A stretch of 64,000 bases of DNA, from assembly GCF_018977255.1 (NCBI RefSeq), contig NW_024704742.1, positions 60,142,001-60,206,000 of the forward strand, in the 5' to 3' direction. Shown here in pieces: positions 50,136 through 63,080 of this stretch. Every line of letters starts with the position of its first letter. Position 1 is the first letter of the stretch. Under the pieces are notes generated by a model, which was not told the origin of the DNA, did not search any database, and was given only the letters and a program-made list of their open reading frames with translations. The translations under genes were made by a program, and so were the position numbers. The DNA comes from Callorhinchus milii (Eukaryota).

Positions 50136-51518
50136 AACATCTGGAATTCTCTTGGCCCCTCTGCCTTGGCCCCCTATGCCATGAAGCAAAGACAAGCAAA
50201 TGGGACTGCAAGATTGTCCTTTAAAATTGCCAGCACAGACATAAATAGTTGAATGGCCTTTCTCTGTGTTACGAATTTCAAAGGGGATCTCATAGTGGTT
50301 ATCCTATATCAAATTGGATCAATGAAGCAAACCCAAAATACTTTAGGGTGGACCAAAACAGTAAAACAAGAGGACATAAGGTTAAAGTTACCAAAGGCAA
50401 TTTCACAAAAGATACCAAGAAGATTTTTTGCTTGTATGTAGTAAACATATGTAAAACCTTCCCCCAGGAGATAAAATGAGAGTAGCATCCATGACAGGGA
50501 ATAGCTTGATGACCCTAAAATAGCTCTTTATCTTTCCACAAGATCTTAAATTTCTGCTTGCTCATTTTAACAACATTCTGACTTTTATTGGGTTTTTTTG
50601 GTCAGCCAGGTGTCTGACACATTTGGGAACTCATCACCATTCTTAAGTGTATCCTTAAACTGAGATACCCCTGCACATTCCACCTACACATGGAAATCCC
50701 AGATATGTAGTCCACGTTTATCAATCATGAATAGTGGACATGCTAGATCTGTGTATTCCACACAGATATGGAGCAAGGAGGTTTATGCTGTAATTATCAG
50801 CCAACTTTACAGACACTGTGTGGACAGATGTCAATAGTTGACTACAGAGGAGTGGAGGAGATTACTCAGCGACACTCCCAACCCAAGCTTTAAGTTTCTC
50901 ATTTTCTGTCATTCAACGAGATGAACGTTCATTAATAAACATTGGAGATCTTCTGAGTCCGAGGCAACAAAGAACTCTGAGCAAGTTATAAATGTCAAGG
51001 CTACAAAGGCATTCATACTGGGAGGATGTCACAAAGTGCTTCTCACAATTCACTGCAAAACACTCAAAACAGTGAATTTTCAAACAGGATGAGATAGACT
51101 GTAGGCTTGCATCATAAGCTCCTGCATTACATTAGCCAATCAATTATGTAACGCTTCACTTGTAATAATGGATTTCCTCTGCCGCTATCCGTCACAGTAT
51201 ATATATTACCAAAGTTACTGGCTGCCACCTGCAAAATATCAGAGTAATAAATAGTTGTTTCACTATTCATTCTTTACATGAAATGTTGCCACTGTGACTG
51301 ACTGCTGCTTTGACGTTAAGGTATGTGTAAATAATATATTATTTATTGAACTGTACGAGAGCTTGCATTCATACAGGTATCGAAGATGGCAACAAAGGAG
51401 AATCAGTCAATAATTGGAACAGTGGTTGGAACACTGATTAAACAAGTCAAAGTGTTGCCAAATTTGTCTATAAATCAAGACAATAAAGTAATCGGATAAT
51501 TACAATTATTCAGATATT

Positions 51519-52105
51519 TCATAGAATCATAGAATATTACAACACAGAAGGAAGCCATTTGGCCATATGTTCCTTGGTTGGTGATCCACCTGCCAGTGGA
51601 AACAGTTTCTCCCTATCTACTCTATCAAAACCCCTCATAATTTTGAACACCTCTATTAAATCTCCTCTTCACCCTCTCTGTCTAAGGAGAACAATCCCAG
51701 CCTCTCTAGTCTTTCCACATAGCTAAAGTCCCTCATCCCTGGTACCATTCTGGTAAATTTACCCTGTACCCTCTCCAAGGCCTTGATATCCTTCCTAAAG
51801 TGTGGTTCCCAGAATTGGATATAATACTCCAGCTTAGCCTAAGCTACCTAGTGCTCTGAGACGCCACCGTGTCTCAGAGGGTATACAGCAGGTGCTAAAT
51901 AAGTGCAAGTTATTGTTGCTGTTGCAGTTACCAAGTTTATCTCTCTTCCCTTTATTGTACAGGGATGTAACATTTACAACCCTCCAGTCCTCAGGCACTG
52001 CTCCCATATCGAAGGAGGATTCAAAGTTTATAGCCAGAACCTCTTCTATTTCTACCCTAACTTCCCTCAGCAACCGAGGATGCATCCCATGTGGACCAGG
52101 TGACA
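51519..52105 (-). mobile_element. CR1 fragments (3' end and RT N-terminal part) with a small L2-type tail between them
   Basis: TCATAGAATCATAGAA tail; LEYYIQFWEPHFRKDIKALERVQ; PGPHGMHPRLLREV..VPEDWRVVNVT; L2-type tail at about 51845-51925. Confidence 0.9.
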
Positions 52106-52387
52106 GATTTGTTTGCAGATTTTCTTCACACAACCATTACCAGGAGCAGAGATGCTTCCCACTCAGCACCTGTTGACCTTGGAAGCCAAACCTCTAATAG
52201 ATAGGATGGACAAGCAGTGGGAAATTTGCTCGACATTGGCAATGGCAAGCTTTGCATTTTTAGCTGATTGGAAATTCTTAAGCATGATGATGGGTTTCTG
52301 CATCTGTCAGACAAGCATCTGAACAAACAAAAAAAACCTCGTAAATTTGTTAATATAGTAGAAGTTCTGCTCCATTTGATAAGTTTA

Positions 52388-52521
52388 GTTGATTTTTTCC
52401 TCTGCGCTTATAAACGTAATACAATTTTAAATAATAAATCACATGGTATTATAAATGTAAAATTAAATTGGACTGTTAACATTGTATTGCATTTATTTAT
52501 AAGTACAGAGGAACGAATAAC
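52388..52521. repeat. AT-rich inverted-repeat element
   Basis: TTCCTCTGCGCTTATAAACGTAATACAAT pairs with ATTGTATTGCATTTATTTATAAGTACAGAGGAA. Confidence 0.7.
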
Positions 52522-54569
52522 CATCTTTCCCTTTTCATTCTTATTTGAGTGAAATATCAGTTCTACAATGTCTTCAAATAAAAGATTCGCCATTCGCAAT
52601 TTGTTGAGAAATTAGTAAGTCATGAGCTTTGTTTAACTGATCAATTCTGTGTTGCTTACTTAATTGCAAAGGTAAAATTGCTTTCGTAATGCTTTGATTG
52701 TGTATCAGTGAAGGAATCGAACTTACAACTTGCATTTATACAACATCCTTAATGTAGGATAATGTCATGGATCCCAAGCAATGGAAAGAAGTAAAGAGGG
52801 AAGTGGGAGTCAAAGCAGTCATTTTTAAGACAGGATTACAGCAATAACAACTTGCATTTATATAGCACCCTTCACATGGGGAGAGTGTTGAAAAGACAGA
52901 GAGAGGCAACGAGACAGAGAATCTTTTTTAGGAGAGTCGGGGATGATGACAATTAAAATAGCGTTACCTAAAAAGAGAAAATACTGTAGTGGCGGTCAAT
53001 CCATTCCAATGGAAGGTCACACCAGGACATCAACCCAGCCATTTCTTCTGCGGTAGATCAACTTGCTGTGCATTTCAAGCATTTTTCTTTTAATTCCAGA
53101 TCGTCATGTTTTGCTCAGAAGAAAAGTCTGGTGTACTTGTCACTTGGGTAATAATCACTAGCATATTATGCAAAGTTGGTTTAAGTCTTTATTAACACAT
53201 TCCGTCAATGACAAACACCTCCAATGTTAAGTGTAGTTAGAAATATTTTGTTAGAAAAGCCTAAAGGATTACATCTGAATTATCGATGGACAATCCAATC
53301 AATCAGCGTCAGTCGGGCTTCTATTTCTTTCATTCGACTTAAGCAGTTCTCACTGCATTTATTGAACACATACATCACACTTTTGATAAGGATCCAAATG
53401 CTGGGGCTATTTTGCGTGATTTAAAAATAGCGTTTGACACAGTAACTGATGGTATCCTGGGTTGGAAATTACCGATTGACTTTACTAAAACCAAAATAGT
53501 GTGATGTTTTCTGTTTCCGGACATTAACATATGGAAAACCAAAGATTCAAATGACCCACTGAGCACTATCCTCACACTCAAACTAGGAATACCTTGATCC
53601 TAAAATTCTACTACGATGGTTCAAGAGCTGGCACTTGGGAGGTGCCAAGTGGTTCCTTCATTCCTTTTTATATTGTTCCTAAGCGTAGAGTCACAGGGCT
53701 ATAATTTGAGGTAGTTTCGTAACTAGCTACTTGTGATATTGAGAATATACCTGTCGATTATTGGGAGACATTGGGTTTAAGACCATGAAAAATTTTAGAT
53801 CTATGATTCTAAAAATTCACCACGTCTTTGCTTTGACTCACTAAGAATGTCTCCCATCAAATTACAGGAACTCTGCCCAAGGTTTTTGCAATAAAAGGGA
53901 AGTTTCACAAAGTATCATCCTGCAGGTTTCTCTTTGAGAACCCAAGTGCAAGTGCTAAACAAATTAATCTTACAACACAATTTGATATTATTTGGCCCAA
54001 ATATATGTCCACTTACTATTCCCTACTGAATTATTAATGTTTGCAACAATTGTTTTGGAGAAAAGAATCAGACAAATCCACTAGAAACTGTCACGGGCCT
54101 CAGATACAATACATGAAACAATATATTTGCTACTGATGTCAGAGTGAGATTAAAGCAATCTGACCCTTTTTATAGTTTGCTGTGGTTTAAAATGAAAATG
54201 TAATAATTCCCTGCACACAATGTTCTAACCTAATATTTCTGTCTTCAGATGCAGTGCAATGCCAATAAACTGTTGCTAACAAGGCAAGTAAAGTAAAGAG
54301 ATATGAAGCTTCATCTCTCCTTCCAACCTTCCTGTCCAGAGACATGTGTTCTGATTGAAGCCAGAATCCTGCAAGGACTGGAACACCCACATACTGTGCA
54401 GGAGGGATTCTTTGATTCAAAAGTGTAAACAAGAGCCATTAATCTATTGAGCACAGCACAGTTTTAATGGATACAAACACACACAAAAATATTGTGCTAT
54501 TTACAGTAGAAACTTGCTTCTGTGGGAAACAAATCTGAAGAGTAACTTTCTTAAATCCTACAACAAATG

Positions 54570-56405
54570 AATGGAAGAGTTTAAAGAGTGATAAGACAGG
54601 CTAAAAGATTAGCGGGTAACATAAAGGGGAATCCTAAAATATTTTATAAGCACATAAAGGAAAAAAGGTTAGTTAAAAGATAGGGTGGGGCCAATCAAAG
54701 ACAATGACGGCAATCTTGTTGTGGAGGCAGAGGGCACGGCTGATGTATTGAACGAGTACTTTGCAATGGAAAAGGATGCCCCAAATGCCGCAGTATTGGA
54801 TGAGAGGAAAGAGGAAATAAATCAGATTACTATAGACAGAGAGGAAGTTCTGAAAAGATTGACTGGGCTCAAAATTGATAGGTCATCTGGACCAGATGGG
54901 TTTCACCCAAGGTTGCTGTGGGAGATACGGTTTTAAATAGTGGAGGCTTTGGCCATTACATTTCAATCTTCATTGGTCACAGGCGTGGTGCCAAGAGACT
55001 GGAGAGTGGCTAATGTTACCCCCTTCTACAAAAAGGAGCAGAAAGACAAACCCGGAAATTACAGGCCAGTCAGCCTAACTTCGGTGATAGGAAAACTGCT
55101 TGAGACCATAATCCCGGACAGAATAAATCTCTACTTAGAGGAACATGAGGTAAATAGAGACAGCCAACATGGATTTGTTAAAGGCAAATCTTGCCTAACA
55201 AATCTAATAGAATTTTTTGAAGAGGTGACTGCGAGGGTTGATGAAGCAAATGTGGTGGACGTTATTTACATGGATTTCAAAAAGGCCCACCGTATTAAGG
55301 GGACAGTGGCAGTTTGGATTAAGAACTGGCTGAGTGACAGAAAGCAGAGGGTGGTGGTTAATGGGTGTTTCTCGAAATGGAAGAAGGTGTGCAACGGTTT
55401 CCCCCAGGGATCGGTATTGGGACAACTGCTCTTTCTAATATATATTAATGATCTGGACTTGGGCATAGAGAACACTATTTCCAAATTTGCAGATGATACA
55501 AAGTTAGGTAGGGTAGTAAATGGCGAGGAGGACTGTAACCAACTGCAAGCAGACATACACAGAATGGTAGAATGGGCTGACATATGGCAGATGGATTTCA
55601 ATGTGGATAAGTGTGAGGTGATACACTTAGGTAGGAAAAATGATAGGAGGCAATATAGACATGGTAGCTCAATCTTAAGGGGGGTGAACGTACAGAGAGA
55701 TCTGTGTTCAAGTAAGCAAATCATTAAAGGTAGCGGGGCAGGTAGATAAGGGGGTAAAAAGGCATTTGTTGTACTGAGTTTATTAGTAGTGACATAGAGT
55801 ATAAGAGTAGGGAGGTTATGGTTAATCTATACAAAACACTGGTTAGGCCTCAGCTGGAGTACTGCGTCCAGTTCTGGGCACCTTACTTCAGGAAGGATAT
55901 TAAGGCACTGGAAAGGGTGCAGAGGAGATTCACGAGAATGATACCAGGAATGGGGAACCTTAGCTATGAGGACAGGCTGGAGAAGTTAGCACTTTTCCCA
56001 TTAGAGCAGAGAAGGTTACGCGGGGACCTGATAGAGGTCTTCAAGATCATGAAAGGTTTCGACAGGCTAGATAAGGAGAACTGTTTCCGCTGGTAGGTGT
56101 GTCTGTGACCCACAGACTGTGACACAGTCTTAAGATATCTACCAAAAGAAGCAGAGGGGAGGTTAGAAGAATTTTTTCACTCAGCGAGTTGTTCGAATTT
56201 GGAATGATCTGCCTGAAAGTGTAGTGAAGTCCGATTCGATAACAGCTTTTAAGAGAGAACTGGATAGGTATCTGGGGAAGATGGGTTTGCAGGGTTATGG
56301 GGAGAAAGCGGGTTAGTGAAAGTGACTTGCTCTGTCAAAGAGCCGGCACAGACTCGTTGGGACGAATGCTCTCCTTCTGTGTCGTAACATTCTATGAATC
56401 TATGA
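54570..56405 (+). mobile_element. 5'-truncated CR1 LINE (RT to 3' UTR)
   Basis: ORFs 54685, 54940 and 55818: GPDGFHPRLL, YRPVSLTSV, QHGFVKGKSCLTNLIEFF, GFPQGSVLG, KFADDTKLG, RPQLEYCVQFWAP; TTCTATGAATCTATGA tail. Confidence 0.97.
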
Positions 56406-56439
56406 AAAAATGAAAAAAAGAGTTGAAAAATAATAGCTG

Positions 56440-56830
56440 AAACAACAATTTACACTTATATAATGCCCTCCACGCAGGATAGCATCTCAGAGTGCTTAAC
56501 AACGGCGGAGCCTGACACCGAGCCAGGCGGTGGAGTTGGCGTGGTGACCGTAAGCATGGTCGAAAAGGAAGGTTTTAAGGTGGGACTTCAAAAACTGATG
56601 AGAGGAGGCAAGGCAGAGAGATTGAAGGAGAGTGTTCCAAAGTTTCAGTGTGTAGTGGCTGAAAGCGCGACCTAAAATGGTGGAGGGACAAGCAGGAGGT
56701 TGGTGCCAGTCGAGTGGAGGCGCCGGGTGAAGGATTGGGGAGTGAAGCACCCAATCCTCCACCAGTGACCAGCAGCTGGGAGCGGAGGGGATCGTGGCAG
56801 CAGGTGGTTAATTTCATGCGGGTGATTGTG
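56440..56830 (-). mobile_element. L2 3' fragment
   Basis: GRAFSHYTLKLWNTL..KSHLKTFLFDHAYG (ORF 56496..56762). Confidence 0.85.
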
Positions 56831-57129
56831 ATTGAGAGGGAGGAGGGAGAAATGCGGTCAAAGGAGTGTAAGGAGAAGGGGAGTGGCAGCAGCCGTGGCG
56901 GTGGGAGAAGGTGGTGTGGATGGTCTGGGTGAGGAAGGGGACTGGTTGGGGGGAGGGGAGGACCATATAGTCATTGTTGATAAGTTTAAGAGGTGACATG
57001 ATAGACGATTTCAGGATTATGAAGATTTATGAAGATCCCACCTTGATGATAAATTATTTCCACTGGACAGTATGTCAGCATCAAAATCTGAGTATCCATC
57101 ACCCCAGTCCTTGCTCCAATGTCTCCCAG

Positions 57130-57412
57130 TCTCCAGTCCTTATACTTATCAATAAGTTTCTTTGCAGCCTAGCACTTCCCTATCTCACTGATTTCTTTCT
57201 CCCAGCCCCCCACTCCTCTGCCTGCCCCATTCCCCAGCTTGGTTCGCATGCTTGCTGCACATCCCTGCCCTATCAGTGCCACCATGAGTGCCCAGCTTTC
57301 AGATTTTCTGCCTCTACCCCTTTGCTTTCCCCCTCTCCATCGCACTTTGGGACGTCCTCCTGATGTGAAAGACGCTCTATAAATGTAATTTTGTTGTTGT
57401 TGTTGTTGTTGT
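57130..57412 (+). mobile_element. Old L2 fragment with tail
   Basis: GGGACGTCCTCCTGATGTGAAAGACGCT plus (TTG)n. Confidence 0.75.
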
Positions 57413-57595
57413 CCATCTGTCTTGACATCCCACCTTAATGTTCCTACCTCTTCATCTGTGCTTATGGTTACCTCTTCCTCCTCATGTATCCTCTCCCCTG
57501 CTCAGTGTCCACCCCGCAACGGTGAATTGCTCCAAGATGTTATCCTATGTGAAGTGTTTCGCCCACAAAACTCGCAGTCACTCCACTTTTCAGTA

Positions 57596-57736
57596 TAAGA
57601 ACATAGGAAGATAAGAATTAGGAGCAGGAGTAGGCCATTTGGTCCCTCGAGCCTGCCCCGCCATTCGATAAGATCATGGCTGATCTTCAGACTAACTCTA
57701 ATTACCTGCCCTATCCCCATATCCACTAATCCCTGT
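57596..57736 (-). mobile_element. Short CR1 3' end inserted in a SINE tail (SINE pieces 57550-57595 and 57737-57813)
   Basis: TAAGAACATAGGAAGATAAGAATTAGGAGCAGGAGTAGGCCATT is a reversed CR1 3' terminus; the SINE motif CACTTT.CAGTA/TATTTTGCGAAGTGCTTTG is split around it. Confidence 0.85.
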
Positions 57737-58029
57737 ATATTTTGCGAAGTGCTTTGAAACATGTCAACGACGTGATAAGGTGCTATATCAAATGCAAGGA
57801 TGATTATTATTATCAAGTAGTTTGAAGTGAATCAATTTCCCTGGAGGATTGGTGGCCAGGACACTTTGTGTGTATTGTCTAGGAATTTTTAATGTCCATC
57901 TGTACAGAAGAAACAGTAGCGGGTTTAATGTCTCATCTGCAGCATGAAATCTGTTCATGGAAAGTGTAATACTGAACGTAAGAAGATAGAAAAAGGAGCA
58001 GTCTTTTCCCAAGGTTTGTTCACTTAAGA

Positions 58030-58620
58030 GATCTGAAATATTCTCCCTCAATCTGTCCGCCTTGCCCCTTCTCTCCCCTTTTTTAAGTTCCACCTAGAAA
58101 CCTTCCCCCTCACCCCCTCCCCGGCTTGGAGTTAGGATCCACCACTGTCAAAGCACTCTAAGATGCTACCCTGAATGGAGGGTGCTATATAATTGCAAGT
58201 TGTTGATGTTGTTGAAATCACACCCATCTAAGACAAAAATATTAACTTTTACCCATTGCCTAAATGAATGAACACCTGAGCTCTGGCTGGAACTGAGGAT
58301 GATGGGGAGGAGAAAGATGATTGAAAGCATGATTAACTTGTTGAGACGTGCCTTGAATGAGAAGGAGGGAGCGAGCTAGGGAGCTGTAGGGAGACAGTGA
58401 TGGAGCTCCACGATAGAATGGCTGAAAGTCTACCTGTCGATGGTGAGGTGGATAGGGTGGGGGCGAAGGGAATTGAGTGAAGGGAATGGATATGATGTTG
58501 TGGTTGAAAGGAATCACAGAGCTAAGGCAGGGTGAGACAGTGGAGGGAACTGAATGTGAAAACGAGGATTTGAAACTCCACCCACTGGGGGATGGGGAGT
58601 CAATAAAGTTAGGCGAGAAT
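58030..58620. mobile_element. Two old L2 3' fragments, tail to tail (58030-58215 +, 58260-58620 -)
   Basis: L2-type tail at 58145-58215; purine-rich reverse L2 ORF2-end/UTR pattern. Confidence 0.6.
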
Positions 58621-58769
58621 AATAATAACAATAATAATAATTCTTACAATTGACATTGTATCTATCATGTCAGGAAGATATCTCAAAGTGATTCACAGGA
58701 TATATTGCAAAGTGCGGTGACTATGTGTTAGGTGGGAAAAGCATGGAGATGATATGCACACAGAACCTG

Positions 58770-59220
58770 GTGCGAAAGGACACATGGACTGCAGAGTTGT
58801 GGATATTCAGCAGATTATGTTGGGAATGCAGGGGAGTCCAGTGAGCAGAGCATTGGTGTAGTCAAGCCTGGACATAATAAAAACATGGTTGAGAGTCTCG
58901 GTAGCCTGAGGGGAGAGGCAGTGACGGAGATGGGCAGTGTTTTGGAGGTAATGGAAAGCTGAGTGGATAAGAGACATGGGGTATGAAAGGCCGTTGGGAG
59001 TTAAACAAGACACCAAGGTTCTGCACTGGGTCTCTGAGGTGGAGTGCCTATCCATGCAGGTTGATGCTGTCAGCGCCTGTGGTGGAAAGACACTGATGGG
59101 AGCCAAGCAGGAGAATCTCTGTCTTGTCAATGTTTAACTAAAGAAAGTTAAAGTTCATACAGGACTTGATGTCTGACAAGCAATCGGTCAGAACAGCAGG
59201 TGGTCCTGGAGTAGAGATGA
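58770..59220 (-). mobile_element. L2 ORF2 fragment
   Basis: SAFHYLQNTAHLRHCLSPQATETLNHVFIMSRLDYTNALLTGLP (ORF 58807..59130). Confidence 0.9.
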
Positions 59221-60222
59221 AATATGATAATATGAAAAATCAACAAGATTGTTGAAAAGTGTCAAGCCTATTGCAATTCCTGCAAAAAATAAACTACCAA
59301 AAGGATGCTTTCAGGGCTGGATGAGTGAGTCAATAGTTCATGTGATTGATTTAAGAAATAAAGCCAACTCATGTAAATTTGGTAACAAGCAGTCTGATCT
59401 AAGACTACATTTTGTACGGACAATCAGAGGCATGCTTTTCTCTTAAATTTGACTAAAGCTATTGGCATTTGAATAGCAAGTGAAATTGGTCACACATACA
59501 AGCCAATTTGCAAAAGCAAAAGTAAAATCCGTGTATGCGAATATTGCAGGTAAACAAATGAGAAGATAATAATCTCTGATTCCAAAGCTGAATTCTTCTT
59601 ACTTGTTTTAATGTAGGAAATGAATATAAGTGAAAAATAAAATTGAGTTGAAACTCTGAAAACTAATGAGCAGGAGGTTACTTTTAAGATCAATTCTGTG
59701 TAGAAGCTGTCTACAAACAGATTAGCAAGCAGCCATTTGAAAAATCAAAAACTAAAATAATTGCACGTTAATCTGAACCTGTTAAAAAGAAAATGCCATG
59801 GAAACCGAAAATAATAGAAATGGTTTATGATAAATAAGATTCAAATGGTGATTCTTTATTTGTTATTATGCTACCATTCCTGGCAACGTGTAGGTATTGT
59901 TCTCTGCTGCCAGTAAATGTTTATATCCCATTGTAAGCACTAACCTCCATGGATGATAAATTTACCAACAATTCCCCCTCCAGGATATCTTAAAAGACGT
60001 TAGACCATTTTGCAGTAAAAGAGATGAAATATCAGTGCAAGATGACATCTTTTATAAAGGAAACAAAACTCATAACACAATGCTGATACACAATGAGGCC
60101 AATCATTACTTCTATTTTTGCTCACATAACCGGCCACCAAGAAAACATCTAGGAAACTCTGTGACTTCCTACTTTTTCTTTTCCAGGTGTGGGCTGTGTA
60201 CCAACACTCATCCGACATGATT

Positions 60223-60540
60223 GTGGAGTCCTGTAGCTCAGTGGTTAGAGCTCTCTAACATCCTTGCAAGTGAGACACCTGGGTTAAATTCCAGGCAGGG
60301 CGAAACCTTGGGCAAGTTTCCTTACTCCACACGCCTAATAATAATCCCTCCAAGACAAAACAATAATTGGTTATTTTCAATCCACGACTCTTTGTGGGAC
60401 ACTGCTGTGCTCAATTGGCTGCTGTTTTTCGCCCACAAATATACGGTCAATTCACTTTAAAGTATATTCTGTGAAGCGCTTTGAGACGTCTAGAAGACGT
60501 ATAAATTGCGACATCAAATGCAAGGATTATTATTATTATT
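60223..60540 (+). mobile_element. tRNA-derived SINE, full length, older tail-loop subfamily
   Basis: GTGGAGTCCTGTAGCTCAGTGGTTAGAG head; GAGACGTCTAGAAGACGT stem-loop; (ATT)n. Confidence 0.95.
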
Positions 60541-60769
60541 GTAAATGGAAAATATTAAGACACACAGTGTCCGAGATGTTCTCTTTATGACCAGATATGT
60601 GCCCAACAACAGAAGCAATGATTGGTAATTGGTAGTATGTGAAAAGTATAACTATCAAGTGCAAAAGAAGAGCTTATATCAAATATCTAATTGTCATTGA
60701 TCCAAGACTGGAACAGATTTGCTTGTGTTTAACAATTCTGTATGTAAGAATGTAAGAAAGCATGGGACA

Positions 60770-60815
60770 AGAAAAGGCCATTTGGTGAATTAGAAAAGGC
60801 CATTTGGTGAATTAG
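60770..60815. repeat. 22-bp perfect tandem duplication inside a CR1 3'-end remnant
   Basis: AGAAAAGGCCATTTGGTGAATT occurs twice. Confidence 0.9.
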
Positions 60816-62764
60816 GACCACTGCTTTCACAGATCAAATCAACCTTCATGGATTGCACTCCACTCATGCTATCTCCTGGGAGAAATTCTATATAGATACT
60901 CAATGAATCCAAATGATAATCAAGCAAAAATCTTTATCCATATGAACAGGCAGACAGGGCATCAGTTGAATGCCTTAACTGAAGCACAGCATCTCGGCAG
61001 ATACTGTGCCCCACATTATTGCTTTGGACTGTGAACTCAAGTTTCAGAATATGTATCCATTCCTACATTCAAACCTAGCTCCCATGTTCCATTTTTCCAT
61101 CTTGGTCTGAGACGCCGTCCGACGTGGAGGGCGCTATATAAATCCAAGTTGTTGTTGTTGTAGCTGTGTCTTTATCCTTTCTAATACTATTTTCACACAG
61201 GTATGTCTCCATTTCATTGGCAAGAGTAACTGAGCACTTTGTCTACTACCTTTGTTGGGCATCTATTAACAAATCTACTAAAAATTATTTTAATGTCTTT
61301 GTACACTTGAGACCTTTAATTTTAAACTTACGCCCTTCAATTCATCTCTGACTGTTTAAATCAAATAGCCCCTCAAATCTTCATTACCATTCTAAAGGCC
61401 TGCAATGCATGTTCTTTAATCTTTTTTTTCTTAATGAGAATAAATTCAGCTCTGAGCTTCTATTCATAACTAGGAGCTTAAAGTCATGATATCATTTATG
61501 TTATTTTTCTCTGAACCTTCTCCAATTTGTTAATATTCTTTTACCACGAGCTACAAGAACTCTCAAGGTGCAACCTAATATTTGATTAGTTTTGTTGCAG
61601 GACTTTCCATTGGGGTTGAAAGAGCAATGCTTCACAGCAGGTTTTCCTAACAGCAACTCAGAGCAGAAATCAGAATTTTTTTAAGTTCCATCATAATTTG
61701 GAAGCTAGTTTCTTTTTCAACTTTAGAAAACTGGCTTCAGACTGGGTTTAAGAAGTTTTCAGTTTTGCACAATCTCATATTTCAAGATGAAATGGTCTTA
61801 CAGGCTAAGACTGGGTGCAATTCTAAGCTGCAGAAGTAATAGAGTTATAACTTAACCTGCTAGATATAAAATATGTGTAGCAGTTGGGCAATAAGCCCTG
61901 AAATGGCTGTCAAATGGCATCCAAGGATTACAGTACATGTTGGGGAAAGAAGTCAATGTCTCTGACACTTTATCTGACAGTTATTTTGAGTAAGATAATT
62001 CAAGAGAGATGGATGCAAAGGTGAATCTTTGCAGCCAGAGCTTAAATACGACTTTATGGTTGTGCTGACCAACAATCCCCCAGATTGATCATTCACTTCA
62101 AGGTTATTTATGAAACATTGTTGTGCACATTTGCCTTCATATATATGGCACTATGTTTTACAGTAATTCCTGTGAAGCGCTTTGAGACATCCACCTGACA
62201 TGAACAGGCACGGTATCAAATACAAGAATTATTATTACTACAAACATCTTTAAAAAAATTGTTATGGATAAAGAAAAGAGGCATATGGAGAGCTTGCCTG
62301 ATTTCTTTCCTTTGTTAATGAGTCTGCTTAGTTAAACTGAACAGATCAGACAGGGAACATTACTTTAAGTACCTATACTTAACAGCAAGAATTGCAACTA
62401 TAAACAAATTAGTCTGTAAAATTATCCAATAGATTAACAATTTGCAATTCTTCAATATTTTTAAATAAAATAGACTGAAGCAATTAAGAAGGTTTGTGAT
62501 AAATCCTCATAGATCCAACACCATCTTGTTTTATTTCAGATTTTGAAGTAGAAATCTATCAAATGTGCATCAATCAATAGAAGATTCAACTGGGAGTGGA
62601 ACAAATGAAAGTCTAAGACCAGCAATTACAATCTTAAATGATAAATGACTAAAATGCAGTTAATTAATCGTCAGGTACTAATGATGACTAATTTAGAACT
62701 TATTAAATAAATGTGTCCCAACTAATTAAAAGCACGTGTGTGAAAACAGAAAGATCTGAGATTG

Positions 62765-63080
62765 AGAACCATAGAACCATAAACATTTACACCACAGAAG
62801 AAGCCCAATCAACCCATCAAGTCTGTACTGGCTCAATAGCAATGTTTCAGTCCCACTTACCTATCCTTTCCCCATACCCTTGTAGCTGACTATTTAAGGT
62901 ATTTGTCTAGTTCCCTCTTGAAGGCCAATATAGATTCAGCTTCAATCATGTCATCTTGCCATTCATTCCATATCTTAATTACATTTTGAGTGGAAATAAT
63001 TCTCCTTACATCCCTTTTCGTTCCATTTACTAACTATCTTAAATTGATGCCCTTTAGTTACTGTCTCACCAACCAGTTGA
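62765..63080 (-). mobile_element. CR1 3' fragment
   Basis: GAACCATAGAACCATA tail, CCTTTCCCCATACCCTTG-like UTR, CTTAAATTGATGCCCT. Confidence 0.8.

Noticed and set aside
51130..51490. CCAAT and TTATGTAAC motifs, a donor at 51321 and an AAGATGG start at 51386
   Set aside because: The implied intron is only 56 nt, the peptide is unrecognisable, and such short motifs occur by chance.
27111..53147. Plus-strand chain of exon-like segments (27111-27229, 39068-39157, 46764-46944, 53100-53147)
   Set aside because: Phases can be matched but the peptide has no recognisable homology; chance assembly is likely.
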